Of a DNA stretch of 64,000 nt, positions 29,186 through 38,916 are shown one piece after another. Position 1 is the stretch's first letter. Every line of letters begins with the position of its first letter. Source of the stretch: a virus; IMG/VR virus record IMGVR_UViG_3300021354_000450, positions 32,001 to 96,000 of that record; one strand, written 5' to 3'. The notes below the pieces were generated by a model. That model made no database searches. It was not told the origin of the DNA and saw nothing but the letters and a program-made list of their open reading frames with translations. The translations under genes and the position numbers were made by a program.

Positions 29186-30856
29186 ATGTCAACTATCGCA
29201 GAATATATCGTTACATTAAAATCTTTTGATGACCTTGATCAATTTTATATTGATATGGAAACAGTTGGAGGAACAACTGAAATTCCAGAACGAGCTGTTT
29301 CAGTTTATCGTCGAAGACCGATTAGCCGAAACACGCATTATTGTTTAACGATCGACGAAGCAAATCGACTGATGCAAGATCCAAGAGTTGAAGGTGTGGA
29401 ATTAGCAGAGTTATTATTAAACTCAATAACTCCATTATGGACACAGACTGGAAATTTTGAGAAATATGCACTAAGCAGCACGGGTAAAAACTGGGGATTG
29501 TATAGATGTATCAATGGACAACAAGTACCAAATTGGGGATGGGAAGGTGTTACCGCAATTAATAATAGTGTAACTTCGGGCCTGAGCGGTAAGAATGTTG
29601 ATGTTTTAATTGTTGATGGTCATTTTGATCCAGCACATCCAGAATTTAGTGTTAACCCAGACGGCACTGGTGGATCTCGTGTGGTACAGTTAGATTGGTA
29701 TACATTAAACTCAGTTGCTGCATCAGTTGATGATGATAATGCAACATTGTTATCAGGTACATATTTGTACACTCCTTATCATTACGGCATCGGAGAAGTA
29801 GCAGATGAAAATAATCACGGTTGCCATGTTGCCGGAATAACTGCAGGTAACTCAAACGGATGGGCAAGAAGTGCAACTATTTACAATATTAACCCATATC
29901 AAAATATTCAACGTACAATGTCAGTATTAACAATGTGGGATTATATTAGAGCATTTCATCGAACAAAATCTAAAAATCCTGCGACAGGAACACGTAATCC
30001 TACAATTTGTAATTGTAGTTATGGATCATCGATTACATTTCCAACTACAGGCCAATCTGGATCTATTACTAAAACAAATTATAGAGGAACAATCCTCGGA
30101 GATGGCACAACTCCGTTGAACGCTGGACAATTACATGCAAGCGGTATATACAGTGGAGTAGTGCCTTACTTTTCAACTTCGATAGCTGCAGATATCCAAC
30201 AAGCAATTGATGATGGTATTATTGTAGTAGCAGCAGCAGGAAATGAATCTTCATTAATTGATACAGTTGGCGGGTTAGATTATAATAATACATTTGAAGC
30301 AACTTATTTCGGAATACCTAGTACATGGTATAGTAATAGAGGAACTACTCCGAGTGCAGCATCTAATGTAATATGCGTAGGATCAATAAATAATTCTGTA
30401 ATCGAACAGAAAGCAAGTTATAGTAACACAGGTCCTCGAATTTCAATTTTTGCACCTGGAACTAAGATTACAAGTTCAATAAATAATTCTTATACGACTT
30501 GGGGGGCCATTAATGATAGAAGAAATAACACATATTTTATAACGTCAATTTCAGGTACTTCAATGGCATCTCCACAAGTGTGCGGGATATTAGCATGTGT
30601 TTTAGAATTATATCCAAGAATGACGCAAGCTGATGCATTAGCATACATTCAAAAATATGCAAAACAAGGACAGATAACATCGACTTCAGGTGGAGTAGGA
30701 GATGTAACTGATATTCTTAATGCAGGTAATCGATATTTGTATTTTAATCAAGAAAGAGGTTCAATAAACACAGTATTTCCAAAAGTTAATAATTTTTTAA
30801 GACCATCTTCTGGTCTTTTGTTTCCAAGAACTTCACGTAATATTAGATTCAAATAA
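29186..30856 (+). CDS. subtilisin-like S8 serine protease
   Basis: Catalytic triad motifs IVDG, HGCHVAG, SGTSMASP; oxyanion AAGN. Confidence 0.93.
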   Translation: MSTIAEYIVTLKSFDDLDQFYIDMETVGGTTEIPERAVSVYRRRPISRNTHYCLTIDEANRLMQDPRVEGVELAELLLNSITPLWTQTGNFEKYALSSTGKNWGLYRCINGQQVPNWGWEGVTAINNSVTSGLSGKNVDVLIVDGHFDPAHPEFSVNPDGTGGSRVVQLDWYTLNSVAASVDDDNATLLSGTYLYTPYHYGIGEVADENNHGCHVAGITAGNSNGWARSATIYNINPYQNIQRTMSVLTMWDYIRAFHRTKSKNPATGTRNPTICNCSYGSSITFPTTGQSGSITKTNYRGTILGDGTTPLNAGQLHASGIYSGVVPYFSTSIAADIQQAIDDGIIVVAAAGNESSLIDTVGGLDYNNTFEATYFGIPSTWYSNRGTTPSAASNVICVGSINNSVIEQKASYSNTGPRISIFAPGTKITSSINNSYTTWGAINDRRNNTYFITSISGTSMASPQVCGILACVLELYPRMTQADALAYIQKYAKQGQITSTSGGVGDVTDILNAGNRYLYFNQERGSINTVFPKVNNFLRPSSGLLFPRTSRNIRFK

Positions 30857-30897
30857 TAAATCACAATTAAATAATTTTATAAAATAGGTAAATTAAA

Positions 30898-31224
30898 ATG
30901 ACAAGTTCAATAACAAATTATAGTTCAACTATAGATGTGCAATTTCCAGTTCCTGGAGTAGATAATGATACTCAAGGTTTTAGAGATAATTTTGGTAATA
31001 TTAAAAATGCATTAGATGCTGCTTCATCAGAAATATCTGATCTGCAAATCATTCAATCCGCATTAGTTTCATTAGTTTCAACTGAACCTTTATATTCATA
31101 CGGACAACCTGGTGATTTACAAGGTCAGATTTATGCAACAACACAAACTGTTTACATTTGTACCCAATCATATGTAAATACTTCAACAAAAATTTGGGCA
31201 AAAATTAATTGTATTAATTGGTAA
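30898..31224 (+). CDS. small structural protein, paralogue of the 27808 N-terminus
   Basis: FPVPGVDNDTQGFRDNF. Confidence 0.8.
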   Translation: MTSSITNYSSTIDVQFPVPGVDNDTQGFRDNFGNIKNALDAASSEISDLQIIQSALVSLVSTEPLYSYGQPGDLQGQIYATTQTVYICTQSYVNTSTKIWAKINCINW

Positions 31225-31230
31225 CAATAT

Positions 31231-31473
31231 ATGTTTAATCCTTTGATAGAAGATTTTACGCATCTAAAAGATAATGAACTTGATGCTAAAATTACAGATT
31301 TAAATAAAAAATATAGTATTTCTTTAAGAACAGGAAATAGTGCCCTTGCAATGCAAATAGCCATCATCCTCGAATCATTGAAAGAAGAAATTCAAAGACG
31401 TCAATACGAAGCTTCTAAGAAACTCATGCAAAAACAAAATAAAGACCTTGATGGTCTAATCAATGTCGGTTGA
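31231..31473 (+). CDS. hypothetical protein
   Basis: 80-aa helical ORF. Confidence 0.7.
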   Translation: MFNPLIEDFTHLKDNELDAKITDLNKKYSISLRTGNSALAMQIAIILESLKEEIQRRQYEASKKLMQKQNKDLDGLINVG

Positions 31474-31504
31474 TCTTTCTTAAAAAATATGCTATACTTA
31501 GACA

Positions 31505-32023
31505 ATGAAATCAACAGAATTTGGCGAAATTATTTTATCAGAACAGGATATAGTCCAAGGCCTATATTCTGGTAAAATTACAGATTTAAACAATCTAAAT
31601 ATTGACAATCTGAAATTAATTGAACAATTTAATTTTGCACGTAAACAAAATGCAGATGTATTTCAAGATTTAAAAAGTTTTCAAAATTTATATACTTCAG
31701 TTAAATTGTTTGATAAATCAAACCAATCAAATTGGTTCATGCCAGAAGATTATTGTACAAATTTAGTAGAATTTTTATACGATCAATGTACGACCAAAGA
31801 ACAACAAACAAGAGTAGACCAAGAATTAACTTTGTTTATTCAACATAACATGTTTGATCTATTATTTTATCTTAAATACCTAGTTGACACAATGCGAGAA
31901 CATAATGTTGTTTGGGGTGTTGGTCGAGGAAGTAGTGTTGCAAGTTATGTATTATACTTAATCGGAATACATAAAGTTGACAGCATTAAGTATGATTTAG
32001 ACATACATGAATTTTTAAAATAA
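31505..32023 (+). CDS. DNA polymerase III alpha (DnaE)-like fragment
   Basis: RVDQEL...YLKYLVD...WGVGRGSSVASYVLYLIGIHKVDSIKYDL; own promoter TTGATC-17-TATACT at 31470-31498. Confidence 0.85.
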   Translation: MKSTEFGEIILSEQDIVQGLYSGKITDLNNLNIDNLKLIEQFNFARKQNADVFQDLKSFQNLYTSVKLFDKSNQSNWFMPEDYCTNLVEFLYDQCTTKEQQTRVDQELTLFIQHNMFDLLFYLKYLVDTMREHNVVWGVGRGSSVASYVLYLIGIHKVDSIKYDLDIHEFLK

Positions 32024-32034
32024 GGAGAAGTAAA

Positions 32035-32238
32035 ATGAGTGAACGTAAAGTATATCGTAGTATGCAAGGTAAAGAAGTTGATATGGAAGCATTAGCACAA
32101 CGCAACGAAACAATGCCAGCAGTTGGCAATGTTCGAATGAACGCTCGAGGTGATGAGTTAGGACCCGGCGGTATCATTGCTCGTAAACGTGAAGATATTG
32201 TAAACGACCACTATAATCAACAAAATCCTAACAAATAA
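32035..32238 (+). CDS. hypothetical phage protein
   Basis: SD AAGGAG; AVGNVRMNARGDELGPGG. Confidence 0.8.
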   Translation: MSERKVYRSMQGKEVDMEALAQRNETMPAVGNVRMNARGDELGPGGIIARKREDIVNDHYNQQNPNK

Positions 32239-32246
32239 GGAAAAAA

Positions 32247-32627
32247 ATGAGTAAAATTTTCGGTAAATTACTACCATTAAAGAAAAATGTTTTTGTAAGT
32301 GATATTAACTTTGATGAAGAAATTACTTCAAGTGGAATAGTATTACTAAGTGATAACGGTAAAGGTCATGGTGTTAAACCTCGGTGGGCAAAAGTTTGGG
32401 CCATAGGTCCCGATCAAACTGATGTTAAAGTTGGCGAATGGGTCTTATTAGAGCACGGTCGATGGACACGCGAGGTTGATTATCAAAATGAAGATGGCAC
32501 AATTACTAAACTTCATATGGCAGATCTCAACGGTATAATGCTAGTTGCAGACGAAAAACCAAGTGATATACAAATAGGTATAGCTGCAAAAGCTGGTTCA
32601 AATTTTAACTTTAACATTCCGGGATAA
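32247..32627 (+). CDS. groES: GroES-like co-chaperonin
   Basis: LLPL...TSSGIVL...KVWAIGP...VKVGEWVL. Confidence 0.85.
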   Translation: MSKIFGKLLPLKKNVFVSDINFDEEITSSGIVLLSDNGKGHGVKPRWAKVWAIGPDQTDVKVGEWVLLEHGRWTREVDYQNEDGTITKLHMADLNGIMLVADEKPSDIQIGIAAKAGSNFNFNIPG

Positions 32628-32628
32628 T

Positions 32629-33003
32629 ATGTCAGTTTTTAAAGATCAAGAAAAATTTATGGTTGCATGTGATCAATCTGTTGATAAATTCAACAATGAT
32701 CAATTTACGATGTATGTAAAATTAATTGCTGAAGAGTCACAAGAACTTATTGATGCTATCACAGCAAGTGATAAAGTTGAAACATTAGATGCATTAATTG
32801 ATATACTTGTTGTAACAATCGGTGCAATTCATTCAATGGGCGCAGATGCTGAAGGTGCATGGGATGAAGTAATGCGTACAAACTTTGCAAAAATTGATTT
32901 AGACACAGGCAAAGTAAACAAACGTGAAGATGGAAAGGTATTAAAGCCCGAAGGATGGAAAGCTCCTGAATTAGCACAATTTGTTGAAAAAATAAATCTT
33001 TAA
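32629..33003 (+). CDS. all-alpha NTP pyrophosphohydrolase (MazG/PRA-PH-like)
   Basis: LIAEESQEL, DALID, EVMRTNFAK, REDGKVLKPEGW. Confidence 0.88.
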   Translation: MSVFKDQEKFMVACDQSVDKFNNDQFTMYVKLIAEESQELIDAITASDKVETLDALIDILVVTIGAIHSMGADAEGAWDEVMRTNFAKIDLDTGKVNKREDGKVLKPEGWKAPELAQFVEKINL

Positions 33004-33010
33004 TAATATC

Positions 33011-33049
33011 GAAAAGGGTATTGACATGCCCTTTTCTTCCCAATATACT
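33011..33049 (+). promoter_or_regulatory. terminator-like hairpin overlapping a sigma70 promoter
   Basis: GAAAAGGGTA-TTGACA-TGCCCTTTTC; the -35 box is the loop; TATACT at 33044. Confidence 0.75.
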
Positions 33050-33081
33050 AGCACAAATTAACACACAAAGAGAGAAAAAAT

Positions 33082-34005
33082 ATGGCAAAAGCATTATGGG
33101 TTGAACAATACCGTCCAAATACCGTTGATGGGTATGTATTTCGAGATGACAATCAAAAGAAACAAATTTTATCTTGGATTAAAGATAGATCAATCCCGCA
33201 CTTGATGTTAAGTGGAGCACCTGGTATCGGTAAAACAACTTTAGCAAAATTATTGCTTCATGAAATTGATATTCCTGATTTTGATGTTCTTGAAATGAAC
33301 GCTTCGAGAGAACGTGGTATTAAAGAAGTTCAAGAACGAATTACAAACTTTATTAGTATGATTCCTTTTGGACCATTTAAAGTTGTATTATTAGATGAAG
33401 CAGATTACTTAACTCCAGATGCACAGGCTGCGTTAAGAGGAGTAATGGAGGAGTTTTCAGGTACTAGTCGTTTTATTTTAACATGTAATCATCCTAATAA
33501 AATTATTCCAGCAATTCATAGTCGTTGTCAACAAATGCATTTTACAAGCATTGATCAAACAGAATTTACTGCTCGTGTTGCAACAATTTTAGTTGAAGAA
33601 AATGTTGAGTTCGATCTCGATACTTTAGATACTTATGTAAAAGTTACATTTCCAGATTTACGTAAATGTATTAATTTTGTTCAACAAAATACACAAGATG
33701 GTCATTTGCTTGGAGCAAAACAATCAGATGCAGGACAAGCTGATTGGAAAATACAAATGGTTCAATTATTTAAAGATGGTAAGATCAAAGAAGCACGAAA
33801 ACTTATATGTGGAAGTGCTCGTCCAGAAGAAATGGAAGACGTTTATCGCTGGATGTATGATAATTTAGATTTATTTGGACAAGATGATGATACTAAAGAT
33901 TCTGCATTATTAATTATTAAACAAGGATTAGTTGATCATGCATTAATTGCTGATCCTGAAATAAATCTTGCCGCAGTTTGTGTCAAATTAGCTAGATTAC
34001 AATAA
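33082..34005 (+). CDS. clamp loader ATPase subunit (RFC/gp44-like)
   Basis: LWVEQYRP, GAPGIGKTT, MNAS, LLDEAD, AQAALR, SRC, DLRK. Confidence 0.95.
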   Translation: MAKALWVEQYRPNTVDGYVFRDDNQKKQILSWIKDRSIPHLMLSGAPGIGKTTLAKLLLHEIDIPDFDVLEMNASRERGIKEVQERITNFISMIPFGPFKVVLLDEADYLTPDAQAALRGVMEEFSGTSRFILTCNHPNKIIPAIHSRCQQMHFTSIDQTEFTARVATILVEENVEFDLDTLDTYVKVTFPDLRKCINFVQQNTQDGHLLGAKQSDAGQADWKIQMVQLFKDGKIKEARKLICGSARPEEMEDVYRWMYDNLDLFGQDDDTKDSALLIIKQGLVDHALIADPEINLAAVCVKLARLQ

Positions 34006-34010
34006 AAACA

Positions 34011-34057
34011 AAAACCGCATACGTGATTTGCAGGTCGTTATGTATGCGGCTTTTTTT
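34011..34057. terminator. bidirectional intrinsic terminator
   Basis: AAAA-CCGCATACGTGAT...GTTATGTATGCGG-C-T7 between convergent genes. Confidence 0.85.
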
Positions 34058-34076
34058 AAATTGTAAGGTACTACTT

Positions 34077-34829
34077 TTAGTCTAATTCCTTGTAGATTGA
34101 TAAGATCTCTTTAACTACAGGGTGGCGCTCTATGTCTTTTGTTTCAAACTTTGCCATAGCAATCATACGGTTTTCACCTCCTTGGTCGTACAGACTGCAA
34201 AATTCTAGCAAACCATTCTCTTTTGGTCTGTCAGCTTGGTTTAAATCACCAGTGACAACCATTCTCGATCCTTCCCCAATACGTGTTAATAGCATTTTCA
34301 TCTGACTAGGTGTTGCATTCTGCATTTCATCAGCAATGATAAAAGCATGTTTGAATGTACGACCGCGCATATATGCCAATGGGCTTATTTCTAAAATCCC
34401 ATCTTCTAACAATCCTGCTACTTCTCTTGGGTGATAATACTCATGGAACACATCAAATATAGGTCTTGTCCAAGGCTCCATCTTTTGGTTTAATGTACCT
34501 GGTAAAAACCCATGTTCTTCATCAACAGAAACAGCTGGCCGGGTTACTACGATCTTTTCAATCACCCCCTCTTTTAATTGTTTAATGGCCCACTGAACCC
34601 CAAGCATCGTTTTACCAGTACCCGCAGGTCCGATAGCAAAAATAATGTGTTTCTTAGGATTTTTAAGATACTCGAGGTATTTTTCCTGGCTGGTATTGCG
34701 AGGAATTATGTTAACTTCGCGTTTCTTTTTGATGTAATGTTTGATTTCGATGAGGTTTTGTGCCTCATTTCCTCGCGGATCTGCACCATTTGTGCCGTTG
34801 CTGCGTTCGCGTCTCTTAAGTCTTGACAA
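34077..34829 (-). CDS. phoH: PhoH-like ATPase
   Basis: GPAGTGKT, TRPAV, GFLPG, YMRGRTF, DEMQN, GDLNQAD, RHPVV. Confidence 0.95.
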   Translation of the reverse strand: MSRLKRRERSNGTNGADPRGNEAQNLIEIKHYIKKKREVNIIPRNTSQEKYLEYLKNPKKHIIFAIGPAGTGKTMLGVQWAIKQLKEGVIEKIVVTRPAVSVDEEHGFLPGTLNQKMEPWTRPIFDVFHEYYHPREVAGLLEDGILEISPLAYMRGRTFKHAFIIADEMQNATPSQMKMLLTRIGEGSRMVVTGDLNQADRPKENGLLEFCSLYDQGGENRMIAMAKFETKDIERHPVVKEILSIYKELD

Positions 34830-34958
34830 GTTTGACCTCCTTTAAGGGATGACCTGCAACAATATTTAAGTTATTTTTAAAAAACCGTTTTTAAAGAGGC
34901 TTTTTTTGAATAGCTGTTTATTTGCATAAATATTGTGTCAAGAGGACACGAGAAAACT

Positions 34959-35498
34959 ATGCATGATATTGTAGATATAATTAAAAACATCGAATCACTA
35001 ACTACAAGTGATGATTCTTTTAAAATCTTGAAAGATTTTGAAAGAGTTATTGACGATCTAGACCTATACGTTTTTAAAAATTGGGAAGATGGCGAACTTA
35101 TTGTCGGACCTGAGGTTCATAGGCATTCAGTTAGTTGTAAATTTATGTGGTCAGAGGAAAAAATGCCTGATCCAGACGCTGCTTCAAGGCTTTTAGACTA
35201 CGGATGTAAGGTAACTTACCAAAAAGAAGAATTACTTGTTCCTCGTAGAGTATTTAAACCGAGTGATTTTCGTCCTGGTACTAAAAAAGGTAAAATTGAT
35301 GCTCATCCTGTATGGATTGTATCAATTACAATGCCAAAAAAATTAATGCAAGACATATTCCAAGGACAAAAACGTCAACAAAGTGAATATATCAAAGATC
35401 ACATTAGTCTTGATCCAAATAATTCAATGAATGCAGACTCATCAGCACAGGAGGCGATGCCAAATGACCCAGTTGCAGAACCAATTCAAGGACAATAA
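34959..35498 (+). CDS. hypothetical late protein
   Basis: Late TAAATA at 34927; ATG 34959 preferred over GTG 34935. Confidence 0.8.
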   Translation: MHDIVDIIKNIESLTTSDDSFKILKDFERVIDDLDLYVFKNWEDGELIVGPEVHRHSVSCKFMWSEEKMPDPDAASRLLDYGCKVTYQKEELLVPRRVFKPSDFRPGTKKGKIDAHPVWIVSITMPKKLMQDIFQGQKRQQSEYIKDHISLDPNNSMNADSSAQEAMPNDPVAEPIQGQ

Positions 35499-36234
35499 GG
35501 TTATGGAAGGCTTGCGTAGAGCTGATCTAAAAGATATGATTGATAATCTTTTCACTATCGATCAATATGCCAGCAAAATGGGTGATGATAAAGATATTAT
35601 CACATTACGATTTCGTGCAGCAAACAAAGAACCTGCGATCGATCTAATGGAATTTATTGAAAGAGGTTTCGAATTTGTTCTTGATGCAGATGTGAGTTCA
35701 GGTGAAGAACGTGACGGACAATATAGCATTTTTGTTGAACTTGAAAGAAATGATCAAGCACCTTCAAAGATAACAGAATTATTAAGCGGACTTAGTCAGT
35801 TATGTGATTGCAAATCTTGGAGATTTCGTTGGTATAAAGATATACAAGGACACGATTTTACCAAAGAAGCTATCATTAAAACCGTACCTTTATCACCAGA
35901 TGAATATGCAAATAGCATAGAAGGTGCAGATGCTGGAGAAGTTTCAACATTTTTTGATCAAGGTGCTATGGATTCAATAGAAGTTGATGAAAATAGAAAC
36001 ATTACTTTTAGAAAACCTTATGCAGAACCATTAACTGCAAAAGTTATTGCTATAGGTGAATATAATACATTAAAAAATGCACTTAAAGGTGCAATTCAAT
36101 TAGACGAATCAAGCCAAGGACAGGTTTTATATTTAAATAAGTATCTAGGAAACTACGATATTAACAAAATTGAAAATCATTTCTTAATTAGAAATAAAAA
36201 TAAAGCAGTAATTCTAGCCAAAACAATTTGGTAA
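35431..36234 (+). CDS. hypothetical late protein
   Basis: Long ORF; exact start uncertain (35464 or 35503 plausible). Confidence 0.78.
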   Translation: MQTHQHRRRCQMTQLQNQFKDNKVMEGLRRADLKDMIDNLFTIDQYASKMGDDKDIITLRFRAANKEPAIDLMEFIERGFEFVLDADVSSGEERDGQYSIFVELERNDQAPSKITELLSGLSQLCDCKSWRFRWYKDIQGHDFTKEAIIKTVPLSPDEYANSIEGADAGEVSTFFDQGAMDSIEVDENRNITFRKPYAEPLTAKVIAIGEYNTLKNALKGAIQLDESSQGQVLYLNKYLGNYDINKIENHFLIRNKNKAVILAKTIW

Positions 36235-36256
36235 ACTAATTTTAAAAGGATAAAAC

Positions 36257-36892
36257 ATGTCAGAATCATTTGATTTTAATTTTACACAGAACCAGCTTGC
36301 ACAAATTATTACAAATAATCCGGTTATTGAACATTGGTTTGAAGCATTAAACACAATTCTTCCAGATTATGAAATTAATACAATTCCACGTGTTGCGGCA
36401 TTTTTAGCACAAACTGCACACGAAAGTGGTAATTATAAATTTTTAAAGGAAAATTTAAACTATAGAGCTGTTACATTAAGAAAAGTATTTCCAAAATACT
36501 TTCCAAACGATGCAATTGCAAATGAATATGCTCAAAAACCAGAAAAAATTGCTAACAAAGTTTATGCAAATAGAATGGGAAATGGTTCGGAAGAATCAGG
36601 TGACGGATATCGTTATTGTGGTCGAGGTCTGATCCAATTAACTGGAAAAAGCAACTATACTTGGTTTGCTGAAAGTTTAGAAATCACTCCAGAAGAAGTT
36701 GCTGAATATCTAAGCACTTTTGAAGGTGCTGTACAATCAGCTTGTTGGTTTTGGGAAACAAATAACTTAAATCAATTTGCAGACAAAAGAGATATTATTA
36801 TGTTAACAAAACGTATAAATGGAGGTACAATCGGTTTAGAAGATCGTATTAAACATTATGATCATGCAATTAAAGTTTTAAAAGGACAATAA
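36257..36892 (+). CDS. GH19 (chitinase-class) endolysin
   Basis: AAFLAQTAHESG, ENLNY, GRGLIQLTGKSNY, TKRINGG. Confidence 0.93.
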   Translation: MSESFDFNFTQNQLAQIITNNPVIEHWFEALNTILPDYEINTIPRVAAFLAQTAHESGNYKFLKENLNYRAVTLRKVFPKYFPNDAIANEYAQKPEKIANKVYANRMGNGSEESGDGYRYCGRGLIQLTGKSNYTWFAESLEITPEEVAEYLSTFEGAVQSACWFWETNNLNQFADKRDIIMLTKRINGGTIGLEDRIKHYDHAIKVLKGQ

Positions 36893-36893
36893 A

Positions 36894-37373
36894 ATGTCTC
36901 AAATCTTTTGGATGTTAAGTTTACTACCAGATAACGTGTTGAATGTATCAATAAACATTGCTATCATATTAGGATTAATCTTAACATTTGCTTTATCTTT
37001 TATAAATTCTATATATATTGACTTATATAAACCGCCTTTACAACTTTTAGGAATTTTGTTGTTAATTGTAGGTATATTTTTTAAAGGGTATATCATATCC
37101 GAAATGGAATGGAAAGCAAAAATTACTGAAGAACAAGAAAAAGTTAGAATTTCTGAAGAAAAATCGAAAAAAGCAGTTGAAGATCTTGCTAACGAAATTG
37201 AAAGGAAAAAATCAGGTGTAAAAGAAGTACAAGTTGTAATTAAAGAACGAATTAAAACTGTTGAAAAACAAATTGATAAAGATTGCAACGTTGATTTTGA
37301 AGCAATTAGTATTATTAATGATGCGGCATTAAATCGTTTAGGATATATAAATCAAATAGAGGTTAAAAAATGA
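36894..37373 (+). CDS. inner-membrane spanin (Rz-like)
   Basis: N-terminal TM helices, coiled coil, late Cys; follows the endolysin. Confidence 0.7.
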   Translation: MSQIFWMLSLLPDNVLNVSINIAIILGLILTFALSFINSIYIDLYKPPLQLLGILLLIVGIFFKGYIISEMEWKAKITEEQEKVRISEEKSKKAVEDLANEIERKKSGVKEVQVVIKERIKTVEKQIDKDCNVDFEAISIINDAALNRLGYINQIEVKK

Positions 37374-37645
37374 AACATTTATTGATTTTAATTTTTACAA
37401 TGTTTTTAGTAGGGTGTGGATCTTCTAAAACTGTTTCAGTTAAACGTAAATTTCCAGATGCACCTTCAAGTTTGAAAGTTACATGCCCTACTTTAAAAGA
37501 GATCGATTCAACCACATCTAAATTAAGCGATGTTATTTCTGTAGTTACTGAAAACTACGGAATGTATCAAGAATGTAAAATTAAAGTTGTTAGTTGGAAC
37601 GAATGGTATAATACCCAGAAAGACATATTTGAGAGTGTAAAATGA
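37370..37645 (+). CDS. outer-membrane lipoprotein spanin (Rz1-like)
   Basis: Lipobox LVGC; FPDAP...CP; ENYGMYQEC. Confidence 0.75.
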   Translation: MKHLLILIFTMFLVGCGSSKTVSVKRKFPDAPSSLKVTCPTLKEIDSTTSKLSDVISVVTENYGMYQECKIKVVSWNEWYNTQKDIFESVK

Positions 37646-38040
37646 AAAAAATATTAACAGCGTTAACAGTTGTTTTATTATCAGGATGTGCTGTTGTTGA
37701 TTCGTATCTAATGAAATATGATACAAATGAATATCGAATTATTTCTGAAATACGAGAAAATGCTAATCTTTATAAAGAAAATTGCAATGATTTTGAATTG
37801 AGCAGTATAAATTCAACAGCAATTGCAAATAAAACTCATTTTTTTGTTTTCTTTACAGAATATATTCCGCACAACGAACCTGTACAAAATGCATCAGTTG
37901 ATCTTAATAAAATTGCCCAAGGTTTGAAAGAACAATATTCAAAAGGCAAAGTAAGTCCGATGTTTTGCAAAATTAAATTTGATACAATAGAAAAATCTGC
38001 AGAAAGTATGCAGAAAATTATAGGAGATAAACCACGATGA
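37642..38040 (+). CDS. lipoprotein
   Basis: Lipobox LSGC. Confidence 0.8.
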   Translation: MKKILTALTVVLLSGCAVVDSYLMKYDTNEYRIISEIRENANLYKENCNDFELSSINSTAIANKTHFFVFFTEYIPHNEPVQNASVDLNKIAQGLKEQYSKGKVSPMFCKIKFDTIEKSAESMQKIIGDKPR

Positions 38041-38294
38041 CTATTGAGTATAACCAAAGTTTGTTAGCAAGTATTAGCAGTTCAAATCCTGACATTAATG
38101 CAGCTAATGCACAAGTAAATGAATTATCTGAATTGTTAAAAACAGGTCAAATTAGTAAAGAAGAATATTCTGAACTTGTTTTAGATGTACAGCGTCAAGT
38201 TAACATTCAAGCAAACATGGCCGATTTAGCAGCTATGGAAACATTAAATACAGCTATTAACGGACTTATTACAATAGCTAAATTAATGCCGTAA
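38037..38294 (+). CDS. hypothetical protein
   Basis: ATGA overlap. Confidence 0.7.
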   Translation: MTIEYNQSLLASISSSNPDINAANAQVNELSELLKTGQISKEEYSELVLDVQRQVNIQANMADLAAMETLNTAINGLITIAKLMP

Positions 38295-38305
38295 AGGAGA
38301 AAACT

Positions 38306-38896
38306 GTGGCATTAATTGATTCAGTTTTAAATATGGTTAATAAAAAACCAAAAGTTCTAAATGAAACAAGCCATCCAGTAGGATCACGAAGTGAACGTGA
38401 AGCCAAAATTAAAGATAAGGCAGGGTTAGTTATTAATGTATTTGCATTATTGCTTGCTGTTAATACTTTTTTCGGAAATGGATACAGTAGTTTAATTTTA
38501 AATAATACTATTAAAGCAAACGATACATGGGCATTTTATCAAGCTAAAGCACTTAAACAAACCATGGCTGAAAATGCTTTATATGATGCACAAAGAATTG
38601 GCGACAAAGTACGTATTGCAGATCTGTCAGAAAAGATCAACCGTTACGAGTTTGAACCAAGTGATGGTAAAAAAGCATTAATGGAAAAAGCTCAAAAGTT
38701 AGAATACGATCGTGATGTAGCAAAATCAAAAAGTCCTTGGACAAGTTATGCATCAACTGCATTTCAATTATCAATTGTATTACTATCAGCAAGTATTTTA
38801 GCAGTTAGTATGACGTTGTTTTGGGGCAGTTTTATAGTAGCAGGATTAGGAACATTATTAATGAGTCAAGGCATTTGTCTTTGGATTCCATTATAA
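38306..38896 (+). CDS. DUF4337-like membrane protein
   Basis: TM-ANDTWAFYQAK-coiled coil-two TM. Confidence 0.75.
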   Translation: MALIDSVLNMVNKKPKVLNETSHPVGSRSEREAKIKDKAGLVINVFALLLAVNTFFGNGYSSLILNNTIKANDTWAFYQAKALKQTMAENALYDAQRIGDKVRIADLSEKINRYEFEPSDGKKALMEKAQKLEYDRDVAKSKSPWTSYASTAFQLSIVLLSASILAVSMTLFWGSFIVAGLGTLLMSQGICLWIPL

Positions 38897-38916
38897 CAAA
38901 TTTTTAGGAGAAAATT

